DNA from: a virus
DNA length: 64,000 bases
Direction: 5' to 3' (one strand)
Virus record (IMG/VR): IMGVR_UViG_3300045988_131126
Part shown: positions 23,705-34,314 of the stretch, piece by piece
Position numbering within the stretch: position 1 is the stretch's first letter
How the letters are laid out: the number at the start of each line of letters is the position of its first letter
Made by a program: the position numbers and the translations under genes
Notes under the pieces: model-generated
Told to the model about the DNA's origin: nothing
Databases searched by the model: none
The model's input: the letters and a program-made list of their open reading frames with translations, nothing else

Positions 23705-24190
23705 TTACACTTCACCGCCATCTACAGCGTTTGTTTGATCATATGGAATATTCTGTTCACCCTGTCCATATCTTACTTCTTCGGAGTCTGATGTATTAGA
23801 TTCTGGAGATTCAATAGAGATATAATCATCAATATTAAATCCTGATTTATCTATAATCTGACCTCTTGCGATTACATCTTTCATAAACTTATGAATAGGT
23901 TTAGAATCTGTAATCTTCATTTTCATTGTATCTACAGCAATGAAACTTTCTTCAATGATCAATGGATGATTTGTTTCAAAAGAATCGATTATTAAATCTT
24001 TGATACGATTATATACTGCTTCTCTTCCTTTGATAAATTCCCATTTCTGATTGAAATCGCCATCGTCCTCTGACACATCATATGTGAGTAAGAGTAGATA
24101 GATTTTTGCTGCACCAGAGTCGGCTTCCTTAACACTGGTTCCTTCCGGTACATGATACATTGGTGATGATGAATTAATAGTTACATCCAT
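23705..24190 (-). CDS. acidic hypothetical protein (161 aa)
   Basis: ATG at 24190 (MDVTINS...) with AAAAGGAGGAACAAAAG SD. Confidence 0.75.
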   Translation of the reverse strand: MDVTINSSSPMYHVPEGTSVKEADSGAAKIYLLLLTYDVSEDDGDFNQKWEFIKGREAVYNRIKDLIIDSFETNHPLIIEESFIAVDTMKMKITDSKPIHKFMKDVIARGQIIDKSGFNIDDYISIESPESNTSDSEEVRYGQGEQNIPYDQTNAVDGGEV

Positions 24191-24276
24191 CTTTTGTTCC
24201 TCCTTTTTATTTTTTTTATATTTGTACATCCTTTCTACCTTGGATGCACAAATATAATATACAATAATACTAAATA

Positions 24277-25482
24277 TTAAAAGAAACTTTTTCTATTAGG
24301 AATGACAAATATTAACTGTTTAGAGAATCTAGTAGCCCCTGTATAATCGAGGTTTTTCTGTAATTGTCTATCAGGGAACATGTCTTGAATATAAATACCT
24401 ACTGGATATTGTGCCCCTTGAGCTAAATGTGAAGTTATAGCGTATGCATATTCAAACTTTTCTCCTCGACTATATTTAGAACTCTTTAAGAAGTTTCTTT
24501 GATCGTACGGAGCAGTAAAATATTCATAGTCGCATTTTAATCCGCCAAAATAAGCATCCAATAGATCTGGTTTAAAATCTATATCAAATGTTTTTCCATC
24601 AAATTGAGATGGATCTAATTTATTTATTACAGTACCGATTAATCCATTTGCTAAACTTATACCAGCAACTTCTGTGTACCAATTATTTTTTCTACATATA
24701 AGTTTTTCTCCAAGAAGCGGTAACCTCGAATGAATACCTAGAATATTATGTCTAACGTAATTATTATAATATTCTCTGGTTCTATTAGTACCACATACTA
24801 TTATATTAGAATATCTTATCATGTCATCTGTAAGATCTTTTCGTTCTACTACAATAGCATCTCCATAATACCCTGCAGACAATGGAAGACCTTCAGAAAC
24901 TAGATCAGCTATCTGTAAAATAGCTGATCCTTTTCCTTGCCTAACTATCTCTGTTAATAGGTCTATATTATTAATATCTTCGTCTCTTATATATGCTGGT
25001 TCATCTTTTACAGGTGGTAATTGTCTCCAATCTCCACATGCTATTATCTTTTTATTAGTTTTTTCTATATCAAATTTCATAGATAAAGGCGTAGTTCTAG
25101 CTTCATCTATAATAATAAGATCTATATCGGATAAGTCTCTTGGTATAAAAGTTATATCTACTTCTGGTACATTATATATAGGATTTATTACCGGTTTTCC
25201 ATCCAACCCAATTCTAGGTCTTTCTAGTCTTTCATACATAGTCGAATGTATAGTCCTAGCACTATACAACCCTCTTGTTCTTAATACAATAGCTGCTTGA
25301 CCTATATATGTCATTATAGCTATTCTACTTAAAGGTATATTAGATTCTCTAATAATCTCTTTTAAAACTTCAGTTTTGCCAGTACCTGCTTTACCAGCAA
25401 ATTGATAAACTTGATTGCTACTACCATGAATATGATAATAAGCATTATTTAATACATTTCTCTGCTGTCTATTAAAGTCCAT
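24277..25482 (-). CDS. SF1 DNA helicase (Dda/RecD/PIF1-like)
   Basis: Walker A GKAGTGKTE, Walker B IIIDEARTT, motif III CGDWRQLPPV, late motif ITSHLAQGAQYPV. Confidence 0.88.
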   Translation of the reverse strand: MDFNRQQRNVLNNAYYHIHGSSNQVYQFAGKAGTGKTEVLKEIIRESNIPLSRIAIMTYIGQAAIVLRTRGLYSARTIHSTMYERLERPRIGLDGKPVINPIYNVPEVDITFIPRDLSDIDLIIIDEARTTPLSMKFDIEKTNKKIIACGDWRQLPPVKDEPAYIRDEDINNIDLLTEIVRQGKGSAILQIADLVSEGLPLSAGYYGDAIVVERKDLTDDMIRYSNIIVCGTNRTREYYNNYVRHNILGIHSRLPLLGEKLICRKNNWYTEVAGISLANGLIGTVINKLDPSQFDGKTFDIDFKPDLLDAYFGGLKCDYEYFTAPYDQRNFLKSSKYSRGEKFEYAYAITSHLAQGAQYPVGIYIQDMFPDRQLQKNLDYTGATRFSKQLIFVIPNRKSFF

Positions 25483-25494
25483 TGTTATTTCACC

Positions 25495-25992
25495 TTATCT
25501 TATATTTTTAAACTCAGGATAATCTAATCTTCTCAAAGCTTCAACTGATTGATCATTATTAGCAACTCTAAACATAGCTTCTATATATTTATATGAGTCA
25601 TTATTATAATAATCAGTTATAATATCAGCATTAGAATTTCCTATAGTTAAATTGCTCTTTATTAAATTAGTGGTTTTATCTATCACTTGTCTATCTTCGT
25701 GATATAATCTATAATAAATACCATCTTCTATAGTACTTCTATTTAATACAAAATTTAATAAATTTTGCATCAAACGAACGTTGAAGATATCAAATTCGAT
25801 ATCTCCGTGGTGGATCATTGGATTTCCATGTAGAGTACTTCTTATATATCTTCCATTAAATTCAAATCTATTACAGGTATCTCCATTAATTAAATATCCG
25901 TCTTTTTCGACAGAAAATCCGATCGCCAACAACAAAAGGTCGGTGATCTCTAATTTTGATTCTTTAAATAATTTTTCCATTTTTTTAGTCAT
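25495..25992 (-). CDS. hypothetical protein (165 aa)
   Basis: ORF track. GGGAGGAATTATAAGTT SD. Confidence 0.75.
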   Translation of the reverse strand: MTKKMEKLFKESKLEITDLLLLAIGFSVEKDGYLINGDTCNRFEFNGRYIRSTLHGNPMIHHGDIEFDIFNVRLMQNLLNFVLNRSTIEDGIYYRLYHEDRQVIDKTTNLIKSNLTIGNSNADIITDYYNNDSYKYIEAMFRVANNDQSVEALRRLDYPEFKNIR

Positions 25993-26056
25993 AACTTATA
26001 ATTCCTCCCATTTATAACTTTACTATAATTACAATATAGTTAGAGGAGATGTAGAA

Positions 26057-26428
26057 ATGAACGAAGTATCTAACTTTTACGACCAAACAGATTATAGATA
26101 TACAGAAATCGCAGTATGCCTTGAAGAGACTAGTGGACCAACTGGGAAATTTGCGATACCGATTCTAACTCCTTTTATGAATACAGATTATGCGTCTAGT
26201 AATACAGAATATAATAGTTCTACAAAAAGTTTATTATCAGGTACACGTAAAGAATTAGAAATAAAAAACTGTAGTATATCTAATTACTTAGAATTAAGAT
26301 TACCTGATATAGTTTTACACGAGATAGAATATCATAATCCGAATATTACAGTTAAAAAAGGAGAAAAATTCATAGCAGTATTTGTTGGTGGAGATGTAAA
26401 CAAATGTAGACTGATATCGAGGTACTAA
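26057..26428 (+). CDS. hypothetical protein (123 aa), plus-strand island
   Basis: ORF track. AGAGGAGATGTAGAA SD. Confidence 0.75.
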   Translation: MNEVSNFYDQTDYRYTEIAVCLEETSGPTGKFAIPILTPFMNTDYASSNTEYNSSTKSLLSGTRKELEIKNCSISNYLELRLPDIVLHEIEYHNPNITVKKGEKFIAVFVGGDVNKCRLISRY

Positions 26429-26431
26429 ATT

Positions 26432-26884
26432 ATGTTTAATGGAATAGATAAGCCGGAACGTACATATACTCTAGAAGATTTTATTGGTTTTAAAGCACAA
26501 GATAATATGACTTATTATAATTTTTCTATATTATCTAAATCAATATTAAAAGATGGAATTATGTATAGTAAAGATAATGTGATATATAATTATATTGATA
26601 TACTCAGAGGAAAATCAAAAAAATTAAAATTAAGCGATAGTGAATATAATAAATATAGATTCAAACCAAAATTATTAGCATATGATTTATATGGATCTTC
26701 TGAATTATTTTTTGTAATAATGGCTATAAATGGAATATGTGATATAAAAGATTTTGATATGAAAAAATTTAGGATGCTTACCCCTAAGGACCTTAATTCG
26801 TTATTATCACAAATATATTCCGCTGAAATTAATTATATCGAATATAATAGACAAGAGGTAGGAGAAAAAAATATAGTTATATAA
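26432..26884 (+). CDS. hypothetical protein (150 aa), plus-strand island
   Basis: ORF track. GAGGT SD 9 nt upstream. Followed by bidirectional terminator 26892..26920. Confidence 0.75.
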   Translation: MFNGIDKPERTYTLEDFIGFKAQDNMTYYNFSILSKSILKDGIMYSKDNVIYNYIDILRGKSKKLKLSDSEYNKYRFKPKLLAYDLYGSSELFFVIMAINGICDIKDFDMKKFRMLTPKDLNSLLSQIYSAEINYIEYNRQEVGEKNIVI

Positions 26885-26891
26885 AAATAAA

Positions 26892-26920
26892 ACCAGTAAG
26901 TGCATTACGCACTTACTGGT
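26892..26920. terminator. bidirectional terminator between convergent genes
   Basis: ACCAGTAAGTGC-ATTAC-GCACTTACTGGT. It contains the stop codon of the DnaB-like gene. An A-run lies upstream. Confidence 0.7.
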
Positions 26921-28635
26921 ACACTTTCATCATGATAAATCAATTGCTTCAATTCTGGTACAACATGTATTTCCTTTTTATACTCAGGATGCATTGCCAT
27001 ATAGAAACAGTTACTTGGATCTTCATCTGCTGGCTGAGCACCATATACCGTCTCAGATTCTTCTGCATATTGTTGTAACTCTTGTTGCCTATTCTTAGCT
27101 ACGTTCGTTCCAGGTATTATAGTAGGAGTTGCCTGTAAAGTTTCTTTATAAGCAGGAACTGGCGAATATAAATCTTCTACAAGTTTTATTCTACCCTGCA
27201 TATATGGTATGCATACATATTCTAATTCTGTATATACTCTTCGTTTAATAATTTTAAATACCATATGTTCTTGCTCTTGATTTAATATTATCCCTAAATC
27301 TACATTATCCAACATAAGCATTGATTCGCCTATATTAGATTTTCCTAATAATCTCGTTAAATCTGAATTTGTCGTTCCAGCTTTACTATCAATAATTCTT
27401 GCACCATCTCTGTTAAGATGAGAGTCTGTTATAACTGGAATATCTTTAATAATTGCAAATGTCTTCATTTCATTTGCTACGTTTCCTAATTCCAGACGTA
27501 CATCTGGCTGATTCTCTATTGATCTTAATCTCTTAATATGGTCTTGAAGTAATGCTATTACTTCATAACCCTCATCCTCTAAATCCTCAGTTAAAGTATA
27601 AAGATAAGATGTATCTTCTGATCTATTTGGTTTATACTTAACTATTATATCTATCGGAGAATCATCACTCAAATATAATTCTCCCTCTCTCTTTAACTTC
27701 TCTTCAACCTCTTCTACTGTGAAGTTCTTCATGGATTCTCCAGTACATAACTCAAACATACGCTGAATTGTTTCAGTTACACTGTTTTCCATTGTCAAAT
27801 ATACAATACACGGAATCTTGGTTGGATCCTTAGCTTTAAAATTTCTATTATATTTCTTCATCTGAATCGCTATATCCAACATAGACATGGATTTACCACC
27901 ACCGGTAATTCCTAATAATAAATATAATCTTGTATTCTCAAAACCTCCACCAATCAACTTATTAAAACCTTGCATTCCAGTACATAGATACCTATAACTG
28001 CTGGTTATCTCTTCATGTATTTCTCTGATGGAGTTATCAAATAAATCTGGTCTTAAACTAAAAGTCTTCTCTAAAGACGAATCTCTTCTAGCTTGTCTAA
28101 ACTTATTACAAAGATCAAAATTTTCAGCTTGTATCTGTGCTGATAATTCTGATATACGTGTAGAATCTGCTGTTAAAAATTGTGTATACAATTCTATCAT
28201 TCTTTGAGCTGAATCGTATATAAACGTAGACGATAATGTATTGGATATGGTTTCATTGATCCATTCCATCTCCGGATTAGACAAATCCGTAAAATTTTCC
28301 ATATCTATAATATCATCATCAATAATACCACCATTTATGTATTTTACTATTGCTATAGGATTAGATAGTCCTTTTACAATCTTTGCTTCCAATCCTCTCT
28401 TAATAAACGTAATCCTTTTTAACTTTTCTGGATCATTTGCATATTTAGACATGTCCAACATGTCCATTACATTTCTTAGATTTATATAATGTCCTCTTCT
28501 AATATTTCTATTTTCCGAAAGGACATAAGCACACATTAAATTTAAACTATGTATATCAAAAGATATAGGTAATTTTGTCTTGGTTTTGACATTTTTATGA
28601 CTACCATTATATCTAACTCTATTTTTTAACTCCAT
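26905..28635 (-). CDS. DnaB-family replicative DNA helicase
   Basis: 576 aa. Walker A LLLGITGGGKSMS, a DnaB-like SHLNRDG (SQLNR) motif, and LLQDHIKRL in the Walker B region. Confidence 0.8.
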   Translation of the reverse strand: MELKNRVRYNGSHKNVKTKTKLPISFDIHSLNLMCAYVLSENRNIRRGHYINLRNVMDMLDMSKYANDPEKLKRITFIKRGLEAKIVKGLSNPIAIVKYINGGIIDDDIIDMENFTDLSNPEMEWINETISNTLSSTFIYDSAQRMIELYTQFLTADSTRISELSAQIQAENFDLCNKFRQARRDSSLEKTFSLRPDLFDNSIREIHEEITSSYRYLCTGMQGFNKLIGGGFENTRLYLLLGITGGGKSMSMLDIAIQMKKYNRNFKAKDPTKIPCIVYLTMENSVTETIQRMFELCTGESMKNFTVEEVEEKLKREGELYLSDDSPIDIIVKYKPNRSEDTSYLYTLTEDLEDEGYEVIALLQDHIKRLRSIENQPDVRLELGNVANEMKTFAIIKDIPVITDSHLNRDGARIIDSKAGTTNSDLTRLLGKSNIGESMLMLDNVDLGIILNQEQEHMVFKIIKRRVYTELEYVCIPYMQGRIKLVEDLYSPVPAYKETLQATPTIIPGTNVAKNRQQELQQYAEESETVYGAQPADEDPSNCFYMAMHPEYKKEIHVVPELKQLIYHDESVPVSA

Positions 28636-28712
28636 ATTATCTCGACCTTTTCTTTCTCTTAGATTGATTAATATATAGTTATACTATCAATCTTTTTATA
28701 AAAGATAATGCT

Positions 28713-28744
28713 TCCCAGATACACGTAAAAGTGTGTATCTGGGA
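28713..28744 (-). terminator. hairpin terminator after ORF 28755..29489
   Basis: TCCCAGATACAC-GTAAAAGT-GTGTATCTGGGA. Confidence 0.65.
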
Positions 28745-28754
28745 TAAAATTCTA

Positions 28755-29489
28755 TCATCGACGAAAATATCTACGCCGTACATTCATCAAATAATTATTC
28801 AAGATTAATTCCGTTCGAGAATTTCTATATCTTGCAAAATTATAAACTTCTCCTGTATATTCAGGCTTAACTATTATGGTAGGACCATAATCTGCAATTA
28901 TATTCATGAATATATAGATATCATAATTTTTGTAAGTTAACTCAAAATATTTAGTCCCATGAGAACTATTGAAGAATTCATAAAGACTTCTTTTATCAGA
29001 TCCGATCAATACTAATTTTATATTATTATTTGAAGTAAAATCAAAAATATTGTTTATTGCTGCATGTACAAATGCATTTGTAATTACTTCATCATTTATA
29101 TAAGATAAATTGAATAATGACCTATCTTTTCTATCTATATTAGAGTACGATATATTGTGTTTCTTACTTGGTAAATGCGCACCAAGTAAATATACTGTCT
29201 TAAAATTAGTATGGCTAGAAAGATACGATTTTAATTTATCAAAATCAATATTGTTTACTGGAACTAACGAGTATAATGTATTACCAAATGATAAAAACTG
29301 GGATTTGCTATATCTAATAGTCAATGATTCTGGACATCTTTCATTAATGGCATTTTTCTTATATATATCCTCTTCTTCCATCTTCCACGAAAATCTATTA
29401 TACATAATACTCATAAATCGCGAAGGATCTGTTGCTTTAAGAGCAGTTTTTATTATGGTTTCCAAGCTTGCAACAAAATAATCTCCCAT
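28755..29489 (-). CDS. hypothetical protein (244 aa)
   Basis: ORF track. AAGGGGTGATTTT SD. Confidence 0.75.
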   Translation of the reverse strand: MGDYFVASLETIIKTALKATDPSRFMSIMYNRFSWKMEEEDIYKKNAINERCPESLTIRYSKSQFLSFGNTLYSLVPVNNIDFDKLKSYLSSHTNFKTVYLLGAHLPSKKHNISYSNIDRKDRSLFNLSYINDEVITNAFVHAAINNIFDFTSNNNIKLVLIGSDKRSLYEFFNSSHGTKYFELTYKNYDIYIFMNIIADYGPTIIVKPEYTGEVYNFARYRNSRTELILNNYLMNVRRRYFRR

Positions 29490-29507
29490 AAAATCACCCC
29501 TTATATA

Positions 29508-29969
29508 TTAATGAAAAAACTCTACAAAATTAACACAATCTTTCCTAAAGCGATACTGCTCTTCACCATTTACAAATTTAACTCCATCAGGATCAGACTG
29601 AAATTGAATAGCATCATATTTTCTTAATTCTGGATTATCTAATACTATTTTCTTTAATGAATTCTTTTGATTTGTATCTATATGAAGAATAAGTCTTTTA
29701 TTACAATGATTATAAATTATATTAGCATAAAAATTAAGGATTGGGATCAAGTCTACGATATCTACATGATACCCAATAACATGGACTTTCGTAATATTTG
29801 TCAACTTATTTAAACTATATAAATATTCTCCTAATTTTGAAACATTATTGTATTTCCAAATTAATTCAGTTTTAGAATTATCCTTGGTATATCTTCTCAC
29901 TACATATTTAAGAGGAAATACAAAATCGTTTTTTAAAAAATATCTTTCCATTTCGGCATGATGCATCAT
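29508..29969 (-). CDS. hypothetical protein (153 aa)
   Basis: ORF track. AAAGGAGAAAATAAATT SD. Confidence 0.75.
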   Translation of the reverse strand: MMHHAEMERYFLKNDFVFPLKYVVRRYTKDNSKTELIWKYNNVSKLGEYLYSLNKLTNITKVHVIGYHVDIVDLIPILNFYANIIYNHCNKRLILHIDTNQKNSLKKIVLDNPELRKYDAIQFQSDPDGVKFVNGEEQYRFRKDCVNFVEFFH

Positions 29970-29972
29970 AAT

Positions 29973-30425
29973 TTATTTTCTCCTTTTATTATTCTTTTTA
30001 TTCATACTGATTTTCTTTTTCACATGTCTGCTTCCATAATTGTCAGTAACGATATCATATGGATAGATTGTAACCTTTCCAGAATCATCAACTAATTCGT
30101 ACTGTTCTCTATTTTTATGAAAATCGTATCTGAAGTATACTTTAGGTGTATTAGTAGCAATAAAAGTATTTAAGCATTTACATAAAGTTTCTGTGCAGGT
30201 ATGTACAATAATCATAGCTTTAGATTTTACTGCTATTTCATTAAGCATGTCAAAAAGCTTAAATGTACATGTAGTAAAATCTAAGAATATATGGATCTTA
30301 TTAATATTACCACCATTTAAAACTGTCTTGTTTCCTTTCAGAAACAAAGACAGATAATCGTATCCCTTACTTACGAAAATTAAGTTATGTGCTGATGTAT
30401 AAATTCCTTCGTCTATTCTTTTCAT
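29973..30425 (-). CDS. hypothetical protein (150 aa), basic C-terminus
   Basis: ORF track. AAAGGAGATCAATGCA SD. Confidence 0.75.
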   Translation of the reverse strand: MKRIDEGIYTSAHNLIFVSKGYDYLSLFLKGNKTVLNGGNINKIHIFLDFTTCTFKLFDMLNEIAVKSKAMIIVHTCTETLCKCLNTFIATNTPKVYFRYDFHKNREQYELVDDSGKVTIYPYDIVTDNYGSRHVKKKISMNKKNNKRRK

Positions 30426-30449
30426 TGCATTGATCTCCTTTTTATTGTA

Positions 30450-31118
30450 TTATAAATTAACTGATTTGATTGTATAGTCTCTTTTTAAGATATTATCAGA
30501 TCCTATAATTTCTGATGGATGCGTGTATGCAGTAATTGTAACTTTTTTGCTGCTATTGATAGAGAAATATCTATGTGTATCAAATCCGTTGGTTTCATGA
30601 ACAAGTTTGATGAGATGATCTTTATCAATCTCATCTACGCATTTTTCAAGTTTCCAATATTCTATATGATCATACACAACAATTGTTGGAATTGATGAAT
30701 AGATATTGGGATTGTGAAGTTTTTCAGATTCTTTATTTCTATATACAGCTTTTAAAGCTTCTTCAAAATCGTAAACATTTTCTTCTGATTTTACACGATT
30801 ATGTCTTACAATCCAATGAATCTTATTAAAATTGGATCTAAATTCTCTCATTGTAAATAGAGCTAACCATTCTTCTCTACTCGGATAATGATCATTAACG
30901 ATGATAGCATTACTTGTAAATAAATACGGTCTTTCTGTTATACTATCATCTTTCGTAATCTGAATATTGATCGGATATAATCTATCTCCATTTGCAGAAT
31001 ATTCTGCTTTAACTCTATTATCTTTATAGAAAACCACTGATTTGCTTTTGGTTTTCAATCTAGAATTAATAGTCTTTCCATAAATTAAATTGTGTTTTGG
31101 TACATCTGTTGTTCTCAT
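30450..31118 (-). CDS. hypothetical protein (222 aa)
   Basis: ORF track. AAAGGAGAAAATTT SD. Confidence 0.75.
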   Translation of the reverse strand: MRTTDVPKHNLIYGKTINSRLKTKSKSVVFYKDNRVKAEYSANGDRLYPINIQITKDDSITERPYLFTSNAIIVNDHYPSREEWLALFTMREFRSNFNKIHWIVRHNRVKSEENVYDFEEALKAVYRNKESEKLHNPNIYSSIPTIVVYDHIEYWKLEKCVDEIDKDHLIKLVHETNGFDTHRYFSINSSKKVTITAYTHPSEIIGSDNILKRDYTIKSVNL

Positions 31119-31154
31119 AAATTTTCTCCTTTATTTTAAATTTATATAAAAATT

Positions 31155-31676
31155 TCATCTTTTTCTTTTTATCGCGTATTGTATCATTTGATCTGATATT
31201 ATATTGCTTCTGTTTCTTTCTAAAAAAGCACAATATATAGATATAAGTTCATGAGGTCTAATATAATAATTGAGTATTCTTTTATGATAATTATAATATC
31301 TTATATTATGATTTCTGATAAAATCCTCGCTTAAAGAACTAATATCAATATTATCAGGTTCGTCTATTATCATTCTAATTTTTCTGTTTATTGTAGCGAA
31401 AAAATTAGATTGCTCTAATTTAAACACAAATTGATTTATACTCCTTGGTAATATATATGGAAACAAAACTTTTGATATATGCGGATGGTCCGATATATAT
31501 AATGCCAACTCTACAAGATCCGGAATTGATATAGAATATATCGGGTTAGCAATTATAGCAGCATGTTTGTAGAGATATACTGTAGGCTCTTCGCGACGCA
31601 TTTTTATTTTTGCGTTATCATAATCTGCCAATGACAATGCTTTATCTGCTTCCTTTCTTAAACTTACGAATTTCAT
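31155..31676 (-). CDS. hypothetical protein (173 aa)
   Basis: ORF track. AAAGGAGGATAATTT SD lies inside the end of the SbcD-like gene. 4-nt overlap. Confidence 0.75.
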   Translation of the reverse strand: MKFVSLRKEADKALSLADYDNAKIKMRREEPTVYLYKHAAIIANPIYSISIPDLVELALYISDHPHISKVLFPYILPRSINQFVFKLEQSNFFATINRKIRMIIDEPDNIDISSLSEDFIRNHNIRYYNYHKRILNYYIRPHELISIYCAFLERNRSNIISDQMIQYAIKRKR

Positions 31677-32851
31677 AAATTATCCTCCTTTAATAAATCT
31701 ATAATATCTTTACCAGATATATAAATACAGTTCAATTCACTATTAATGAATTGAGCTAATTTATCGTACGGTGTAGAAGTATTATCCAATATAAAATCAT
31801 ACTTCTCTATCAGCTTTTCATTCTCTAAAGCTTTTTGTCTTTCTATAGATTTCTTAATATCTATAAGAAAAGTTATATTACTATTTCCTCTATAATAAGA
31901 TCTAATAACTTCTAGTTTAGTCTTATCTATATCATCTCTTATATCAACTCTAAGAAAATCTATATTTTCTTTTTCCTTTAATTCATTAATATAATTAATA
32001 ATATCCTTAGGATCATTCTGTAATATAGTATCAATATCAATAGTTTTATATCTAAAAGAAACTATTTCTTGTAAATGAACGTAATAATTTCTTTTATCCA
32101 TATCATATAATACTAATAAGAATCCTTTAGTTCCTTCTTCTCCATGCTTATATCTTAAAGCACTTCCAGTATAATAGAAGTCTGTATGAAAACATCCGCC
32201 AGTATGGACATGACCACTTATAATAGGTCCTAAGCAATATTGGAAATCTTCCATTGTAAATAATCTTCCTTGTCCTACTCTATCTCCATATACAGCTCCT
32301 TGTATAGTACCATGCATAAAACACATATCATACCACCCAGATTCAAATAGATACTGCCTATAAGTTTCTTCTGGCACTCCGTATAATTCTGGTATACATA
32401 ATATACGTGCTCCTTTTACATATTGAAATTGAATAGTTTCTGCTATTCTGATATCAATATCCGGATCTTTCAAGTAATGATAAAACAATCTTAACTGATC
32501 GGCTTCATGTCCATCAGTTCCTTTTATTAATAATAAAGTGATTTTGTTATCTTTACATAATTGAACCAAATCTCCAATAAACATACTAGCATATAATATA
32601 GCATCTGTATTTGACATAAATTTTCTATCAAATATGTCACCATCTACAGATACGAGATCTAATGGAAGATCTCGTATTTTATCTATAAATTGCTCTCTTA
32701 ATATTTCATAATGAGTTTTAGCAGGTATATTTTTTACAGTAAAATGTAAATCTGCTATATGTGCTTGTTTCAATATACCCCTAGAAGTTTTTCTTTCAAG
32801 TAATTCAAAATATTGTGTTTCTTCTTCATATTCATGATATATTGGGTTCAT
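31673..32851 (-). CDS. sbcD: SbcD/Mre11-family metallophosphoesterase nuclease
   Basis: Calcineurin-like motifs in order: IADLHF, VDGDIFD, KGTDGHE, MHGT, SGHVHTG. ATG at 32851 (MNPIYHEY...) with GGAGGAATAAA SD. Confidence 0.85.
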   Translation of the reverse strand: MNPIYHEYEEETQYFELLERKTSRGILKQAHIADLHFTVKNIPAKTHYEILREQFIDKIRDLPLDLVSVDGDIFDRKFMSNTDAILYASMFIGDLVQLCKDNKITLLLIKGTDGHEADQLRLFYHYLKDPDIDIRIAETIQFQYVKGARILCIPELYGVPEETYRQYLFESGWYDMCFMHGTIQGAVYGDRVGQGRLFTMEDFQYCLGPIISGHVHTGGCFHTDFYYTGSALRYKHGEEGTKGFLLVLYDMDKRNYYVHLQEIVSFRYKTIDIDTILQNDPKDIINYINELKEKENIDFLRVDIRDDIDKTKLEVIRSYYRGNSNITFLIDIKKSIERQKALENEKLIEKYDFILDNTSTPYDKLAQFINSELNCIYISGKDIIDLLKEDNL

Positions 32852-32852
32852 T

Positions 32853-33458
32853 TTATTCCTCCAATTCAAATATTTTGTATATTAATCCTTTCATTATTGT
32901 ATGTAACGGAATATAATAGAACGCATTTACCGGATTTATTTTAGCACCATATAAATGATTTTCCGGTTTCCATCGTCTCAAGTACTGCATGAAATAATCA
33001 GTGTCTGGTTCAAATACTGGTATATTGGATAATGCACCTTCATATAATTTATATCCAGTATTTAATTTAATACGTATTTCTCCATTAATATGCTTATCTG
33101 GTACAGAAAACGTTATTTGTTCTTTTACATCAGTGAGGTCCAATTTCTGCTTGTATAGATTATACTCGTATTTTTCAATTGCTAATATATACAATCCATC
33201 ATTATTATTTATACGACAGTCATACTGATTTAATCCAGTATTTATATGAATAATATTGGATTTTCCTTTTTCTGAAAGCTTATCTAAAATCCATTGATAA
33301 TCTATAAAAGCCATCTTATGAAATACAAGTTTATCTCTAATCACTCTCTTTAATCTCATTTTATAAAATGGTAATTTAATCTTAGAAATGAATGTGTCTT
33401 TCATTTCTAATAATACGTAATTCTTATATAATTCTGCAAGTGTATTGGTCTCTTTCAT
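32853..33458 (-). CDS. hypothetical protein (201 aa)
   Basis: ORF track. CGGAGGGTATAAAA SD. Confidence 0.75.
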   Translation of the reverse strand: MKETNTLAELYKNYVLLEMKDTFISKIKLPFYKMRLKRVIRDKLVFHKMAFIDYQWILDKLSEKGKSNIIHINTGLNQYDCRINNNDGLYILAIEKYEYNLYKQKLDLTDVKEQITFSVPDKHINGEIRIKLNTGYKLYEGALSNIPVFEPDTDYFMQYLRRWKPENHLYGAKINPVNAFYYIPLHTIMKGLIYKIFELEE

Positions 33459-33483
33459 TTTTATACCCTCCGATCTAATACTA

Positions 33484-33741
33484 TCATCTCCAATATTTCA
33501 AACTCATTACCAAGTCATATATTGCATATATTATTATTAAAATTATTGCTTTTATTTCTAAGTAATAAATATCTTTAAAAGTAATTATTGTATAAGCTTT
33601 TGATAATAAATGCATAAGAATAATACCAGCTGCGATTTTCGTAATAAATTTCGCAATAGGCTTATTTATAAACAGATTGGGTATTTTGTGAATCAAATAT
33701 AATATATCCATAGCACCTATCACGAATAATAAATTGACCAT
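33484..33741 (-). CDS. small multi-pass membrane protein (85 aa)
   Basis: ATG at 33741 (MVNLLF...) with AAAGGAGGACAGACAATA SD. Three hydrophobic segments. Confidence 0.75.
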   Translation of the reverse strand: MVNLLFVIGAMDILYLIHKIPNLFINKPIAKFITKIAAGIILMHLLSKAYTIITFKDIYYLEIKAIILIIIYAIYDLVMSLKYWR

Positions 33742-34010
33742 TATTGTCTGTCCTCCTTTTTGATCCATAAAATAATATGAATGCTACCCATTATCATTAC
33801 TAATAAATATATCACAAGTAAGACTAATTCTATGGAACTCATATCCATAGAATTAGTCCAATATAATAAAGTTATAATTATGAATGATAATACGCAAAAT
33901 AAACTACTTCTTACATAAATTCTCCTAAGTTTATTATGATCGCTGTTATATAAAACGTCCATAATCAATAATCCAAGTATAGCAATACTAATAATAAACC
34001 AGTTATTCAT
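33741..34010 (-). CDS. small multi-pass membrane protein (89 aa)
   Basis: AAAGGAGTTAAATTATC SD. Three hydrophobic segments. Confidence 0.75.
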   Translation of the reverse strand: MNNWFIISIAILGLLIMDVLYNSDHNKLRRIYVRSSLFCVLSFIIITLLYWTNSMDMSSIELVLLVIYLLVMIMGSIHIILWIKKEDRQ

Positions 34011-34034
34011 GATAATTTAACTCCTTTTATAAAA

Positions 34035-34304
34035 TTATTTTAAAATATCCATAATAATACGTAATAATATATACGTTGGTATTGTGATATTCTGAAACAG
34101 ATCTATATCATCTATATTAATTAATGTGTATAATACGCTAAGTATAGATATTGTAGCCACTATACAACATGTGCTATATTTAATCGAAACTCTGAAAGGT
34201 TCAGTAGATATTTTGTGTAGTATGGCGATATATGTAATTATACATCCTACCAATACTATTATGAATAATGGATGTAATTGACATAATTTATCGTAAATAA
34301 ACAT
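34035..34304 (-). CDS. small multi-pass membrane protein (89 aa)
   Basis: TAAGGAGATAAAT SD. Three hydrophobic segments. Confidence 0.75.
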   Translation of the reverse strand: MFIYDKLCQLHPLFIIVLVGCIITYIAILHKISTEPFRVSIKYSTCCIVATISILSVLYTLINIDDIDLFQNITIPTYILLRIIMDILK

Positions 34305-34314
34305 ATTTATCTCC

